From positions 50,502 through 114,501 of the IMG/VR virus record IMGVR_UViG_3300014613_000018: a stretch of DNA of 64,000 nucleotides. One strand, written 5' to 3'. Within the stretch, counting starts at the first letter, position 1, and every line of letters starts with the position of its first letter. This DNA is from a virus. A program made the translations under genes and the position numbers. Shown one piece after another: positions 36,590-45,623 of the stretch. The notes beneath the pieces were generated by a model that was given only the letters and a program-made list of their open reading frames with translations, made no database searches and was not told the origin of the DNA.

Positions 36590-38536
36590 CTAATTAAATT
36601 CTATCCAACTTGTTTTATTTTTCCTGCAAACTGTCCACTCACCATCAAAGCTGTCACTTAAAATATCACTTGTGTTACTTATTACAAGTACTGTTTTAAT
36701 TTCCTTTTTTATCTCAAACAGCAAGTCCATAACTTTACTCTTACCTACATCATCTAAACTCAAGAATATCTCATCCATGATAATGAAATCTAATTTTACT
36801 CTACTGGTAACTAAATGATGCAAGGCTAAATTCACACACATATTTACACGATTCTGCTCGCCTGAGGACAGCTTATGATACTGATTTGAACCGTACTTGT
36901 CAAGTACCTCTATCTGTAGCTTATTACGAGATTCAGTTTTACTACCACTACCAATTTCTGTCTCACCACTGAAAGCAATTTCTATCTCACCCTCACAAAG
37001 TATATCTGCAAACCTTTGAGCATTCTTTGTCAGCTGTGGTATGATTGATCTGACAAGCAAATTTCTTATACCTGTAGGCCCAAATCCAATCTTCCAGAAG
37101 TCTAAATCTTCCATTAACTCTGTTAAATCATCTGCTTGTTCTTCTATATCCTCAATTTCATCTTCCAGCCTTATAATCTCCTTTTCAATCTGACTGGAAT
37201 CCTCACTCATAGGAGGTACTTCATTCTCTAAATTACTTATACTTACTTCAACATCACTAATTCTAGCATTAGTATTCACAATATCACTTGCTATAGACTT
37301 GATTCTTGAACTAATTCTGTCTACCTTACTCTTCTGTGATACTACATCATTCCTTAAACTTCTAACCTTATTCAATTCATTCTCAGCATTAGTATACTCT
37401 GAATATATTAAACCTCTCTTTTCAACCAGTGATTCTAATGCAGACTCATACTCCTCAACTTGCTTATTCTTTTCATCTATAATTTCATATAAATATTCCT
37501 CTGAAACTTGATTAAAACACTTAGGGCATGTTGCAGTACCTCTCATACTTTGTGCTTGTTTTACATCCAAATTAAGTGTTTTTATTAAGCCTTTATACTC
37601 ACCTTGCTTTTCATCAATCTCACTAAGTTTAACTCTAGCTTCTTTTTTAGCAGTTTCAAACTTAGATTCATCAATACCTTTAATTGATAATTCTAATTTA
37701 TCAAGTTCCTTTTCTGCTACTGACAATTCTTTAGCTAAACTAACCTTTGTATCTTCTTGGTCTGATACTTCTTTCCTAAATTGGGAAACTTTGTTCCTAA
37801 ATTGGGAAAGTTTAACTAATTGCTGTTCATTCCAGAGTTTAACCTTATCAGCAACTTGAGTTAACCTTACTTTTTCTCTTTCAATATGCGAGTTTAATTT
37901 ATCAATTTTAGTATCACAGTTTGAGAGGTCAAGATTAACTTCCTTCTGTCTATCTCTAACTCGCTGTCTGGCTAATTCCAACTCTTCAAGATGCAGCAAT
38001 TTAGAGAATATCTCTTCCTGTTTACTGCTGGTTTTAGAAGCAAATGACTCACTTGAACTAGCAAATAATGCGGCTGTAATAAATGAATCATAATCTAACT
38101 GTAAAAATTGATCTATGTTATCCTGTGTAACCTTAGTAGTATTACCTCTGCAATCCTTACTGTCAATGAAGAACAGTGTAAAATCACCATCAATTTCAAC
38201 TTCATCACTACCATTAGAGTAAGTATTTCTATCACATTTAATGCCTCTAACTATGTAGGCAGTCTTATTATTCTTAGTAACCCAACCTTCTACTATACAA
38301 TTTTTACTAGCATCCTCATTTATCATTTCTGATTTCTTAAACTTCTCAGGATACACACCATAAAGTAAATATGCTACAGTGTTGAGAATAGTAGACTTAC
38401 CACACCCATTAGAAGATTTAGCTCTGGAACTGATATGCTTACCTCTAACTGAAACCAATCCTTGATTATTAAAATCAATTTCAACAAGCTTGTTACCCCA
38501 CGCTAATAGATTTCGTGCTTTTAAGTTAATTTGCAT
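36590..38536 (-). CDS. Rad50/SbcC/gp46-like ATPase
   Basis: NGCGKST, long coiled coil with CPKC hook, LSSGE, IMDE. Confidence 0.93.
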   Translation of the reverse strand: MQINLKARNLLAWGNKLVEIDFNNQGLVSVRGKHISSRAKSSNGCGKSTILNTVAYLLYGVYPEKFKKSEMINEDASKNCIVEGWVTKNNKTAYIVRGIKCDRNTYSNGSDEVEIDGDFTLFFIDSKDCRGNTTKVTQDNIDQFLQLDYDSFITAALFASSSESFASKTSSKQEEIFSKLLHLEELELARQRVRDRQKEVNLDLSNCDTKIDKLNSHIEREKVRLTQVADKVKLWNEQQLVKLSQFRNKVSQFRKEVSDQEDTKVSLAKELSVAEKELDKLELSIKGIDESKFETAKKEARVKLSEIDEKQGEYKGLIKTLNLDVKQAQSMRGTATCPKCFNQVSEEYLYEIIDEKNKQVEEYESALESLVEKRGLIYSEYTNAENELNKVRSLRNDVVSQKSKVDRISSRIKSIASDIVNTNARISDVEVSISNLENEVPPMSEDSSQIEKEIIRLEDEIEDIEEQADDLTELMEDLDFWKIGFGPTGIRNLLVRSIIPQLTKNAQRFADILCEGEIEIAFSGETEIGSGSKTESRNKLQIEVLDKYGSNQYHKLSSGEQNRVNMCVNLALHHLVTSRVKLDFIIMDEIFLSLDDVGKSKVMDLLFEIKKEIKTVLVISNTSDILSDSFDGEWTVCRKNKTSWIEFN

Positions 38537-38789
38537 CTAACTGTTCCTTCTCAAAACAAGAATGCAAGTATCGTATAACTTGTGCTATTGCATATCTTTG
38601 AATGCCTTGTACTGTCGTATAATCAAGCTGTTCTTCCATCAAATCTAAATCATATAACAAACCTTCTATACTTTGTTGTGAAAACCCCTCCAATGAAACT
38701 AAGTAGTTACCTGCAATACTAGGTATTACTAAGTTACCTTTATTTAGCTCACCTTGCACAACTTGCATCGCCTCAAGATTTTTAGACAT
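38526..38789 (-). CDS. hypothetical protein
   Basis: between nuclease subunits. Confidence 0.65.
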   Translation of the reverse strand: MSKNLEAMQVVQGELNKGNLVIPSIAGNYLVSLEGFSQQSIEGLLYDLDLMEEQLDYTTVQGIQRYAIAQVIRYLHSCFEKEQLDAN

Positions 38790-39837
38790 TTATTAACTCC
38801 TTACCTAACTTCTTTAACCTGTTATGTTGTCTCTTTTTATTACAAGTAATCTCCACATATTTATCCACCATCAATTCCCATGATAAATTTGCTTGTATAA
38901 CCTTATCTTCATCTACTACTTGCTCTTTTCGCTCACCTGTAGTAGCATAAACATTTTCATCCTTCTCTAACCTTTCAATATCCTTCCTAGTAACACCTGT
39001 AACCTTAATGTAATTCTTACCTTGATAATCATTAGGATTATAATTTTTAGCTTCAACTTCAATAAATTTAGGAGAATCTAATGTTACCCTTTGATTATTA
39101 GTTCTCCATTGACCATTAACTAATTCTAACTCAACTATCATGTAGCCTCTATCAGCAGGTTTATCTACAAGAGAATGTTGGCAAGGCGACCCAATGTAAT
39201 AGACAGAGTTCTTTTCATCTAAACATTGTGGAAGATGATAGTGACCAAGGTAGCTGCCTAAAAACTTATCTACCTGTAACTCACCTAATGTAACTGGTTC
39301 TTTAGAAACATGGTCAAACCCACTAAGGAAAGCATTTTCAATTCCTACATGAGCAAACAGAAGTCTATTACTATTCTTACCTTGCTTCAAAAGTAATTCT
39401 AATGATTTTATTGAACCACGATATTCCTCATAGGGAAGAAAATAACAATCGAAACCACTTATAGGAATTATACAAGGCTTATCTATTACATTACAAATAT
39501 CCTTCATGTTCTCAAAGGCATGAACTGTACCATTGATATTGGCTTGATCGTGGTTGCCCACGAGAAGGTAAACAATTATTCCTTTTTCTTTAGCATAGAG
39601 AAGTAAAGTTTTAATATAATTGTTAATAGAATCTTCTCTAATGTTTCGGTTATGGTTCATGTCACCTAGAATAAAAAGATACTTAATTCCTTCAGCAACA
39701 CAATCATCTACAGTTTGCTTGAATGTAGCACCTATTTCCTCTATTCTGTCTGTTAACATGTCCTCACGAAGTAAAGAAATATTCTTGAACAAGCCAACAT
39801 GATTATCTGCTGTAGCTACTAATTTGAAATTATTCAC
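38782..39837 (-). CDS. Mre11/SbcD/gp47-like metallophosphoesterase nuclease
   Basis: ADNH, GD, GNHD, GHYH, YIGSP. Confidence 0.93.
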   Translation of the reverse strand: MNNFKLVATADNHVGLFKNISLLREDMLTDRIEEIGATFKQTVDDCVAEGIKYLFILGDMNHNRNIREDSINNYIKTLLLYAKEKGIIVYLLVGNHDQANINGTVHAFENMKDICNVIDKPCIIPISGFDCYFLPYEEYRGSIKSLELLLKQGKNSNRLLFAHVGIENAFLSGFDHVSKEPVTLGELQVDKFLGSYLGHYHLPQCLDEKNSVYYIGSPCQHSLVDKPADRGYMIVELELVNGQWRTNNQRVTLDSPKFIEVEAKNYNPNDYQGKNYIKVTGVTRKDIERLEKDENVYATTGERKEQVVDEDKVIQANLSWELMVDKYVEITCNKKRQHNRLKKLGKELINV

Positions 39838-40322
39838 TCTTTCACACTCCCAATATTAAACTCTTTAACAGTATTCTTAAACACTGCTTCTAACACTTCA
39901 CCATAATGAAACCTATCCTTGTTTATTTCAATCGACTTGTTAATATCACCATGCTCATGCCTAGTTGTAGTAGCACACCAATCTACAAACATTTCAATTA
40001 TATCTACTAAATTCATCCCTAGTATCTTATCCTTATGATAACAAGGGTGATGCCTATTTATACTGTAATGATGGTTCAATGCTTCCTGCATTTCGACTAA
40101 ATTTTGAGTATATTCTTCAGTGCCGTATTCAAGGTGCTGTAAATTAGGAGTATGAGTATCAAATGCTTCCTTTTCAGGACTACTTAATTTACTTAAATCA
40201 TGCTCTTGTCCTCTAATCAATAACTGGTGTGCAATAAACCTTAAATACTTGTCTACTAGCTTAATGTGAGCTAAAGTATCTGGAGCACTGTCATATACTT
40301 GTTCCACTATATTTTCCTCCAA
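39834..40322 (-). CDS. HD-like protein (DUF5662-like)
   Basis: HI..V...HDLSK...HHY..NRHHP...EMFVDW. Confidence 0.75.
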   Translation of the reverse strand: MEENIVEQVYDSAPDTLAHIKLVDKYLRFIAHQLLIRGQEHDLSKLSSPEKEAFDTHTPNLQHLEYGTEEYTQNLVEMQEALNHHYSINRHHPCYHKDKILGMNLVDIIEMFVDWCATTTRHEHGDINKSIEINKDRFHYGEVLEAVFKNTVKEFNIGSVKE

Positions 40323-40669
40323 CTTTCATCTTTTCCATAAGTCATTCTCTGTAACCACATTTCAGCATGATAGTCTGTTAGTATCACATAATAAAATTTA
40401 ACAGGCTGCGTACTACGGTACTTAAATCTAATGAAATGACAAGGACACTTCAAGTAATTCATACACAGTAATCTTAACTTCTCTAAATTCCTGTGCATAA
40501 CATAGAACACATAATTTCCCTTAGCATCTTTCAATGGATAAATACCATTCTTACCTCGTTTAACTCTACCTAAAGCCTTACGATACTGTACAATATTCCA
40601 TGTTCGTTTACTTTTAATACTTATCCTGAAAGATGGCAACATCATGTGGGAAGAGTCTTGTTCTACCAT
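40307..40669 (-). CDS. basic hypothetical protein
   Basis: operon context. Confidence 0.55.
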   Translation of the reverse strand: MVEQDSSHMMLPSFRISIKSKRTWNIVQYRKALGRVKRGKNGIYPLKDAKGNYVFYVMHRNLEKLRLLCMNYLKCPCHFIRFKYRSTQPVKFYYVILTDYHAEMWLQRMTYGKDESWRKI

Positions 40670-40838
40670 TTGCCTCTGCTCTCTTTTTAGAACTCATTAA
40701 CATTAAGTATAATGCATACTCTATTGCATCCTTAGTTTCAGGGCCAATCTGATTACCTGACAATATCTCCTTAACTCTAGTCCATTTAACACAACCATGA
40801 TGCCTGTTAGCAATATCTCTGTCTAGCTTACTTGACAT
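40614..40838 (-). CDS. hypothetical protein
   Basis: probable start MSSKLD. Confidence 0.5.
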   Translation of the reverse strand: MSSKLDRDIANRHHGCVKWTRVKEILSGNQIGPETKDAIEYALYLMLMSSKKRAEANGRTRLFPHDVAIFQDKY

Positions 40839-41133
40839 AATAAATCCCACATTCAATTTTAGTATTATCAATAATGAACTTTGAAATGAATAATTTATCC
40901 CATTCCTTATGATTATCTCCAGCAACTTCAATCCTATTACCTTCAATAAAAAATGGAAGTAAACCCTCTTCAATCCTGCCTAGTATATCATCCTGAAACT
41001 CTTCTGTAGTCATAGGCTTAGTAATCCATTCATCCATTACTAAAGTATCAGGCCATGTAATTCTAATTATATGTTTCTTTTTAATATCAGTCTGTTTAGG
41101 TTCATTCTGTTCAGGCGTACTAATCTGTTTCAT
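40828..41133 (-). CDS. hypothetical protein
   Basis: GAGGA RBS before MKQIST. Confidence 0.6.
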   Translation of the reverse strand: MKQISTPEQNEPKQTDIKKKHIIRITWPDTLVMDEWITKPMTTEEFQDDILGRIEEGLLPFFIEGNRIEVAGDNHKEWDKLFISKFIIDNTKIECGIYYVK

Positions 41134-41332
41134 TGTTATCCTCAATCACAGGAGTATCTAAAATATCTTCACAGTTTATTTCTTCTCTAATTAAAATGCT
41201 ACCATCATAATCTATTGTAACAAGATAGCCAAACCTAGCTATAGCAGACAGCAACATTAGCTCATTTTGTGCCTTCAATTCAGCACTACCTCTAAACTTA
41301 TCTGTGTAAATCTTGAACTCTCTAAATTTCAT
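41120..41332 (-). CDS. hypothetical protein (paralog of 57037-57255)
   Basis: SAIARFGY motif. Confidence 0.65.
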   Translation of the reverse strand: MKFREFKIYTDKFRGSAELKAQNELMLLSAIARFGYLVTIDYDGSILIREEINCEDILDTPVIEDNNETD

Positions 41333-42245
41333 TATTCAACACTCCAAAATACATTTCAATTTCCTTCCAGTGATCTAAAATGCTCCAACAATCTACATCA
41401 ATAAGTAACTCTTGAGCCTCTTCACTATTATACATTCCCCAAACCATTTTGTCAAGTACCTCGTCATGTGTTATTGGTACTTCTGATAAGTCTATTAACT
41501 TTTTAGCTAATTCAAACTCTAATTTAGCTTCAGGTGTAAAAGCCTTCTGCAACTTTACAGGTATATCCGCTAACTTACATTCAGCAAACAATTCATAACC
41601 CATCCAACCTAATATTTCAAGTGCTGTCTTCTCGCCACAACCTTGTATTCCTTTAATTTTATCCGATGTATCGCCCACCATACACTTATAGGTTAAGAAA
41701 TCAAATGAATCTACTCCAACAATTTCCTTAAAATTCTCTAAACCTATTACTTCCTCTTTACTAGGATTAAATATTCTCAAGTTATCTGAAACTAACTGTA
41801 AGTAATCTCCATCTGAACTTATGATTACCTTTTGTTTATCCTTAAATATCCTACTTAATACTGCAATTATATCGTCAGCTTCAAAGTAATCTACATCAAT
41901 ATAATTTACACCTAAGTTATAAAATATATCTTTAAGGTAATCAACTTGCTCATAAAACTGTTCTTTAGGAATAGGTAAATTAGACTTCCTACCTTCCTTA
42001 TAACCACTGTAAATTTTCCTTCGCCGGTCTCTACTATGCTTACCTTCACCTACAATGTAAACCTGTTGAGGATTAAACCTTTCCACATACATTCTAAGTG
42101 CGTTAATAACACCATAGATCACACCTGTAGACTGGTCATTATACTTTAGTTTACCTTGTGTGTAAACCATTCTGTAACATAGGTTCATGTAGTCAAAAAC
42201 TAAAATGTCACAATTTTTAGCTCGTAAAGACCGACGTTTGTTCAA
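41322..42245 (-). CDS. 5'-3' exonuclease/flap endonuclease (T4 RNase H-like)
   Basis: VFD, YKEGR, FEADD, SSDGDY.QL, GDTSD.IKGI.GCGEKTA. Confidence 0.92.
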   Translation of the reverse strand: MNKRRSLRAKNCDILVFDYMNLCYRMVYTQGKLKYNDQSTGVIYGVINALRMYVERFNPQQVYIVGEGKHSRDRRRKIYSGYKEGRKSNLPIPKEQFYEQVDYLKDIFYNLGVNYIDVDYFEADDIIAVLSRIFKDKQKVIISSDGDYLQLVSDNLRIFNPSKEEVIGLENFKEIVGVDSFDFLTYKCMVGDTSDKIKGIQGCGEKTALEILGWMGYELFAECKLADIPVKLQKAFTPEAKLEFELAKKLIDLSEVPITHDEVLDKMVWGMYNSEEAQELLIDVDCWSILDHWKEIEMYFGVLNNEI

Positions 42246-42251
42246 TTAAAG

Positions 42252-42470
42252 TTACCCTTTCTTAGAAAGTATTGCTGCAATAACGATAATAACTACTCCT
42301 ACCAACATTACTCCAATAAGTATAGCAAGTCCTATCCAGAGTGGACTAAGCACCCACACCCAACTCCATGCTATAACTCCACAAAGCTTCAACACAATAA
42401 AAGCAATAGTAAGTAGCCCTGTAAATCCTATTCCTCCACTTGCTGTAGCACTAGCATTAGCTTGACTCAT
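42252..42470 (-). CDS. small membrane protein
   Basis: FIVLKLCGVIAWSWVWVLSPLWI. Confidence 0.75.
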   Translation of the reverse strand: MSQANASATASGGIGFTGLLTIAFIVLKLCGVIAWSWVWVLSPLWIGLAILIGVMLVGVVIIVIAAILSKKG

Positions 42471-42485
42471 TTCACTTTCCTTTCT

Positions 42486-43541
42486 TTACTTATTTAACAG
42501 TTCGGGGTTCTCTTGTAACATCTTTTCAATTACATCATCACCTGCAACATAAATAGGATTTCTTGTGCTGCCTTCTTGTCTACATCTATAACTATTACTT
42601 CCTATTGTAACTTTACCTGTTCCTTTTTCTGCCTTTCCACATTCTACCCAATAGTTAATTAAACCACTATAGTACTTCAACTCAGGTGTACTGTCTCCAA
42701 ACAGCCAATCAACTGTACCTTCAGTAAATGGTTTAGCTATACGGTTTTTGATGACATTAAAATGCAACCTTGAACCTATTATCTTACTATCAGAGTCATA
42801 TACTTTTCCAGCCTTACCATTAACAGCCTCAAACATTACTCTAATTTGTGACTGATAACCCACAGCCTTTCCACCACGGCTGATATATTTTTCAGCAGTA
42901 GGTGTTGCAGAAATGTTAGAATACATCTGATTGATTATTACAAACAAAGTATTAGATTTAGTTACTTTAGCTCTAATTCGCTTCAACCATATTCCAATCT
43001 CTTTAGCTTGAGCGCCTTGAGTAGCTTTCGGCCTATCTCCATCTAAATCTTGTGAAAATGGCATTGCTCCTAATGAATCCAATACAAATGTAAACAGTTT
43101 ATCTCTACCATACTGTCTGTGAATTTCATCAATTAGAAATTCATACTGTTGAAACATTTCATCAAATGAGTATGGTCTAATTGTACCATCCTTTTCAACA
43201 TTGCTAGGAGACAGTACAAGTAGTTGTTCTCTATCTAGCCCTATATTTTCAGCAAGTTCAGTATCATGTGCATCCTCTACATCTGCTAATGCTGCAATTC
43301 CTCCAAGCCTAATAGTATTTCTTAACAAGTGGTCTGCAATTAGTGTTTTTCCAGAAGATGATAACCCAGGGAGTTCAATTACATTGCTTGTGGGAAAGCC
43401 CCTACCTGAAGGGTGAATAGCATGATTCAAACTAGCACTACCAGTATCTATCCATGTTACATTTTCATACTGTGAGGCAAGTTCAGAGGAGGTATTAGCT
43501 CCTCCTCCAAACTTTTTATTAAAACTATCTTTCAAGCTCAC
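42486..43541 (-). CDS. recA: RecA/UvsX recombinase
   Basis: IDTGS, GLSSSGKT, D.E.A, VLDSL, INQ, GGKA, KNRIA.PF. Confidence 0.92.
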   Translation of the reverse strand: MSLKDSFNKKFGGGANTSSELASQYENVTWIDTGSASLNHAIHPSGRGFPTSNVIELPGLSSSGKTLIADHLLRNTIRLGGIAALADVEDAHDTELAENIGLDREQLLVLSPSNVEKDGTIRPYSFDEMFQQYEFLIDEIHRQYGRDKLFTFVLDSLGAMPFSQDLDGDRPKATQGAQAKEIGIWLKRIRAKVTKSNTLFVIINQMYSNISATPTAEKYISRGGKAVGYQSQIRVMFEAVNGKAGKVYDSDSKIIGSRLHFNVIKNRIAKPFTEGTVDWLFGDSTPELKYYSGLINYWVECGKAEKGTGKVTIGSNSYRCRQEGSTRNPIYVAGDDVIEKMLQENPELLNK

Positions 43542-44462
43542 TTATTTACTGCCTCTCTTACCCCTTGTAGGTCTCCCACTTTTAGCACCTCTAACTGGCT
43601 TTGGTTTATCTTCAGGTTCATCATCGTTACCATAAGGGGGAGTTTCACCTGTTTCTTCACCTTCCTCACCATTTCTAAGTGCTATTACATCCTGTAGTGT
43701 AGAGCCTTCAACAAGCAGCTTTGTCTCTTCATAATTAAGGAAGGGTTTACCATGCTCAAATATATCAGGTAGTACATTATTTATCTCTTCTGCTGCTTCC
43801 CAATCAAACTCGCCATCTTCAGTAGTAACCATAAATGATACTTCTCTGGTATCACTAACCCTGTAAGTAGTATCCTTCTGACCCATACCATGCCTTGTAA
43901 CTTCAATATCAGTACCTTCAAACAGCAAGTCTGGATCAGGTATTCTAGTGTCCATGTAAAGAGCCATTACATCGGTGTCTACAGTCTTGCTACATTCCCA
44001 CAGCCACACCTTTTTAGGCTCGTCACTGTTCTTCCAAAGGACAAATCTAGCAAACCTCTGAGAAGCCCACATATCATTAGCAGTATACTTATCCTTCTTG
44101 TCACCAGTTTCCTTCAATGCTGCAATTTCCTCACACACAGGACAATCTTCATCATTCCAGAAATTCAAACACGCACAAATCTGATTCTGTGAGCCTACCT
44201 TAAAGTGTGTTCTAAGCTCCTGATATGGCATTGCTTCATCTTCAAACTCAGCATCTTCATCCTCACTGTCAAGATAAAACTGTAGTGCTGCCTTTGAAGG
44301 TAGTATTCTAAGTATCCTCTTTTCCTTATCTTTCCATGAAGGAAGTCTATCTATCTTCACAAAATCAGAATTATTATTCTCATCCTGCTTCTTTTTATCT
44401 TCCATTCGCTTCTCGTAAATCTCTTCTGCCATCTTTGCTCTTGATTTTCCCCTTGTTGCCAT
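43542..44462 (-). CDS. single-stranded DNA-binding protein (gp32-like)
   Basis: LRILP, H...C...CPVCE Zn motif, GTDIEVTR.G...T.Y; next to recA. Confidence 0.75.
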   Translation of the reverse strand: MATRGKSRAKMAEEIYEKRMEDKKKQDENNNSDFVKIDRLPSWKDKEKRILRILPSKAALQFYLDSEDEDAEFEDEAMPYQELRTHFKVGSQNQICACLNFWNDEDCPVCEEIAALKETGDKKDKYTANDMWASQRFARFVLWKNSDEPKKVWLWECSKTVDTDVMALYMDTRIPDPDLLFEGTDIEVTRHGMGQKDTTYRVSDTREVSFMVTTEDGEFDWEAAEEINNVLPDIFEHGKPFLNYEETKLLVEGSTLQDVIALRNGEEGEETGETPPYGNDDEPEDKPKPVRGAKSGRPTRGKRGSK

Positions 44463-44476
44463 TTAATTTTCCTTTC

Positions 44477-44764
44477 TTAACTATTCTTAGCTCTATAAAT
44501 TGTAACTAATGCTGAACCTAGGCTACCCATAGCATCTAACAGTGGAAACTCTACCTTCATTACACCACCAGTATCTTCACCTAGTATTTCCAACTTAAAC
44601 AGATGTCTAGTTATTTCTTTACCATCAACTCCAGAAAACTTAACCCAACTCAAAGGTACTCTAAATACCTCCAATTCAACTTCACCACCTACTATTTTAG
44701 GGTTCCATTTACCACTTCTAGCAGTAGGTACTATATATCCTCTTACTTCCTTGTATCCATCCAT
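44477..44764 (-). CDS. hypothetical protein
   Basis: operon context. Confidence 0.65.
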   Translation of the reverse strand: MDGYKEVRGYIVPTARSGKWNPKIVGGEVELEVFRVPLSWVKFSGVDGKEITRHLFKLEILGEDTGGVMKVEFPLLDAMGSLGSALVTIYRAKNS

Positions 44765-45304
44765 TTACTTTCCCTTCTTACCTCTTATAGGCTTATTTCT
44801 TTTACCTTCTTCTCTAAATTTTTCTACTTCCTTTTCATTTACTTTTTCTTCAGTATTAACATTTAGATTTCCCATTCTACCTTGTGCTAATTCAATTTCT
44901 ACTAGCTTTTTCAGATCACTATGGCGCATTCTCATAGCACTCAACTGTCCAGCAACAATACTAATCTGATATTCCTTAGCAATTATCTCTTCCTTAAACC
45001 TGACTACAGTATCATCTGAATCCAACCTAGCATCAATATCCTTTGCAGTAGGCTTTTTACCTAATTCCTTTGTAAGTTCCTCTGTAATCTCACCTGTTAA
45101 CCTACCTTGAGTATTAGCAAATTCAGCTTGCTTCCTTTTAAGTGCAGTCCTTAACTCTGATTCTATACTTTCAATATAAGCATAATTAGAAGCATCCTTA
45201 TGTAACTCTTCAACTAAATCTGTTGAAATACTAAGATAATCATTGAAATCTACTTCTTGTGTACCATAAGCACCCAATTCTACTGTAATTACTGGTAATC
45301 TCAT
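44765..45304 (-). CDS. UvsY-like recombination mediator
   Basis: helical coiled coil with KKPTAKDIDA; clustered with SSB and RecA. Confidence 0.55.
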   Translation of the reverse strand: MRLPVITVELGAYGTQEVDFNDYLSISTDLVEELHKDASNYAYIESIESELRTALKRKQAEFANTQGRLTGEITEELTKELGKKPTAKDIDARLDSDDTVVRFKEEIIAKEYQISIVAGQLSAMRMRHSDLKKLVEIELAQGRMGNLNVNTEEKVNEKEVEKFREEGKRNKPIRGKKGK

Positions 45305-45558
45305 TCATTCTCCACTTCTGTAAAATATGTGTCAATTGCACTGACTAAATCTAGCCCCTTTTGAAATAGCTGTTTTGCCACATGAAAATCTAAGGACATT
45401 ATTAGAGGATTTCCATTAGCATCTTCCGAGACCCAATCTGTTAAAATAATCGCACAAGCATCATTATCATAAGCTACACTTACACTTTCAACCACATGTC
45501 GCCCTGCTACACGAAAACTAGGAAACACCGTGACAAAGTTATCATACTCAATCTTCAT
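45301..45558 (-). CDS. hypothetical protein
   Basis: GGAG RBS; promoter TTGACA(45627)-17-TAGATT. Confidence 0.6.
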   Translation of the reverse strand: MKIEYDNFVTVFPSFRVAGRHVVESVSVAYDNDACAIILTDWVSEDANGNPLIMSLDFHVAKQLFQKGLDLVSAIDTYFTEVENE

Positions 45559-45623
45559 TCATTCTCCATTCTTAAAACTTAATTCTACCTATCATGCTAA
45601 TCTACTACATCAATTCACGATTG

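Noticed and set aside
37773-37809. 21-bp-period tandem duplication in Rad50-like gene
   Set aside because: In-frame heptad duplication in a coiled coil; unremarkable
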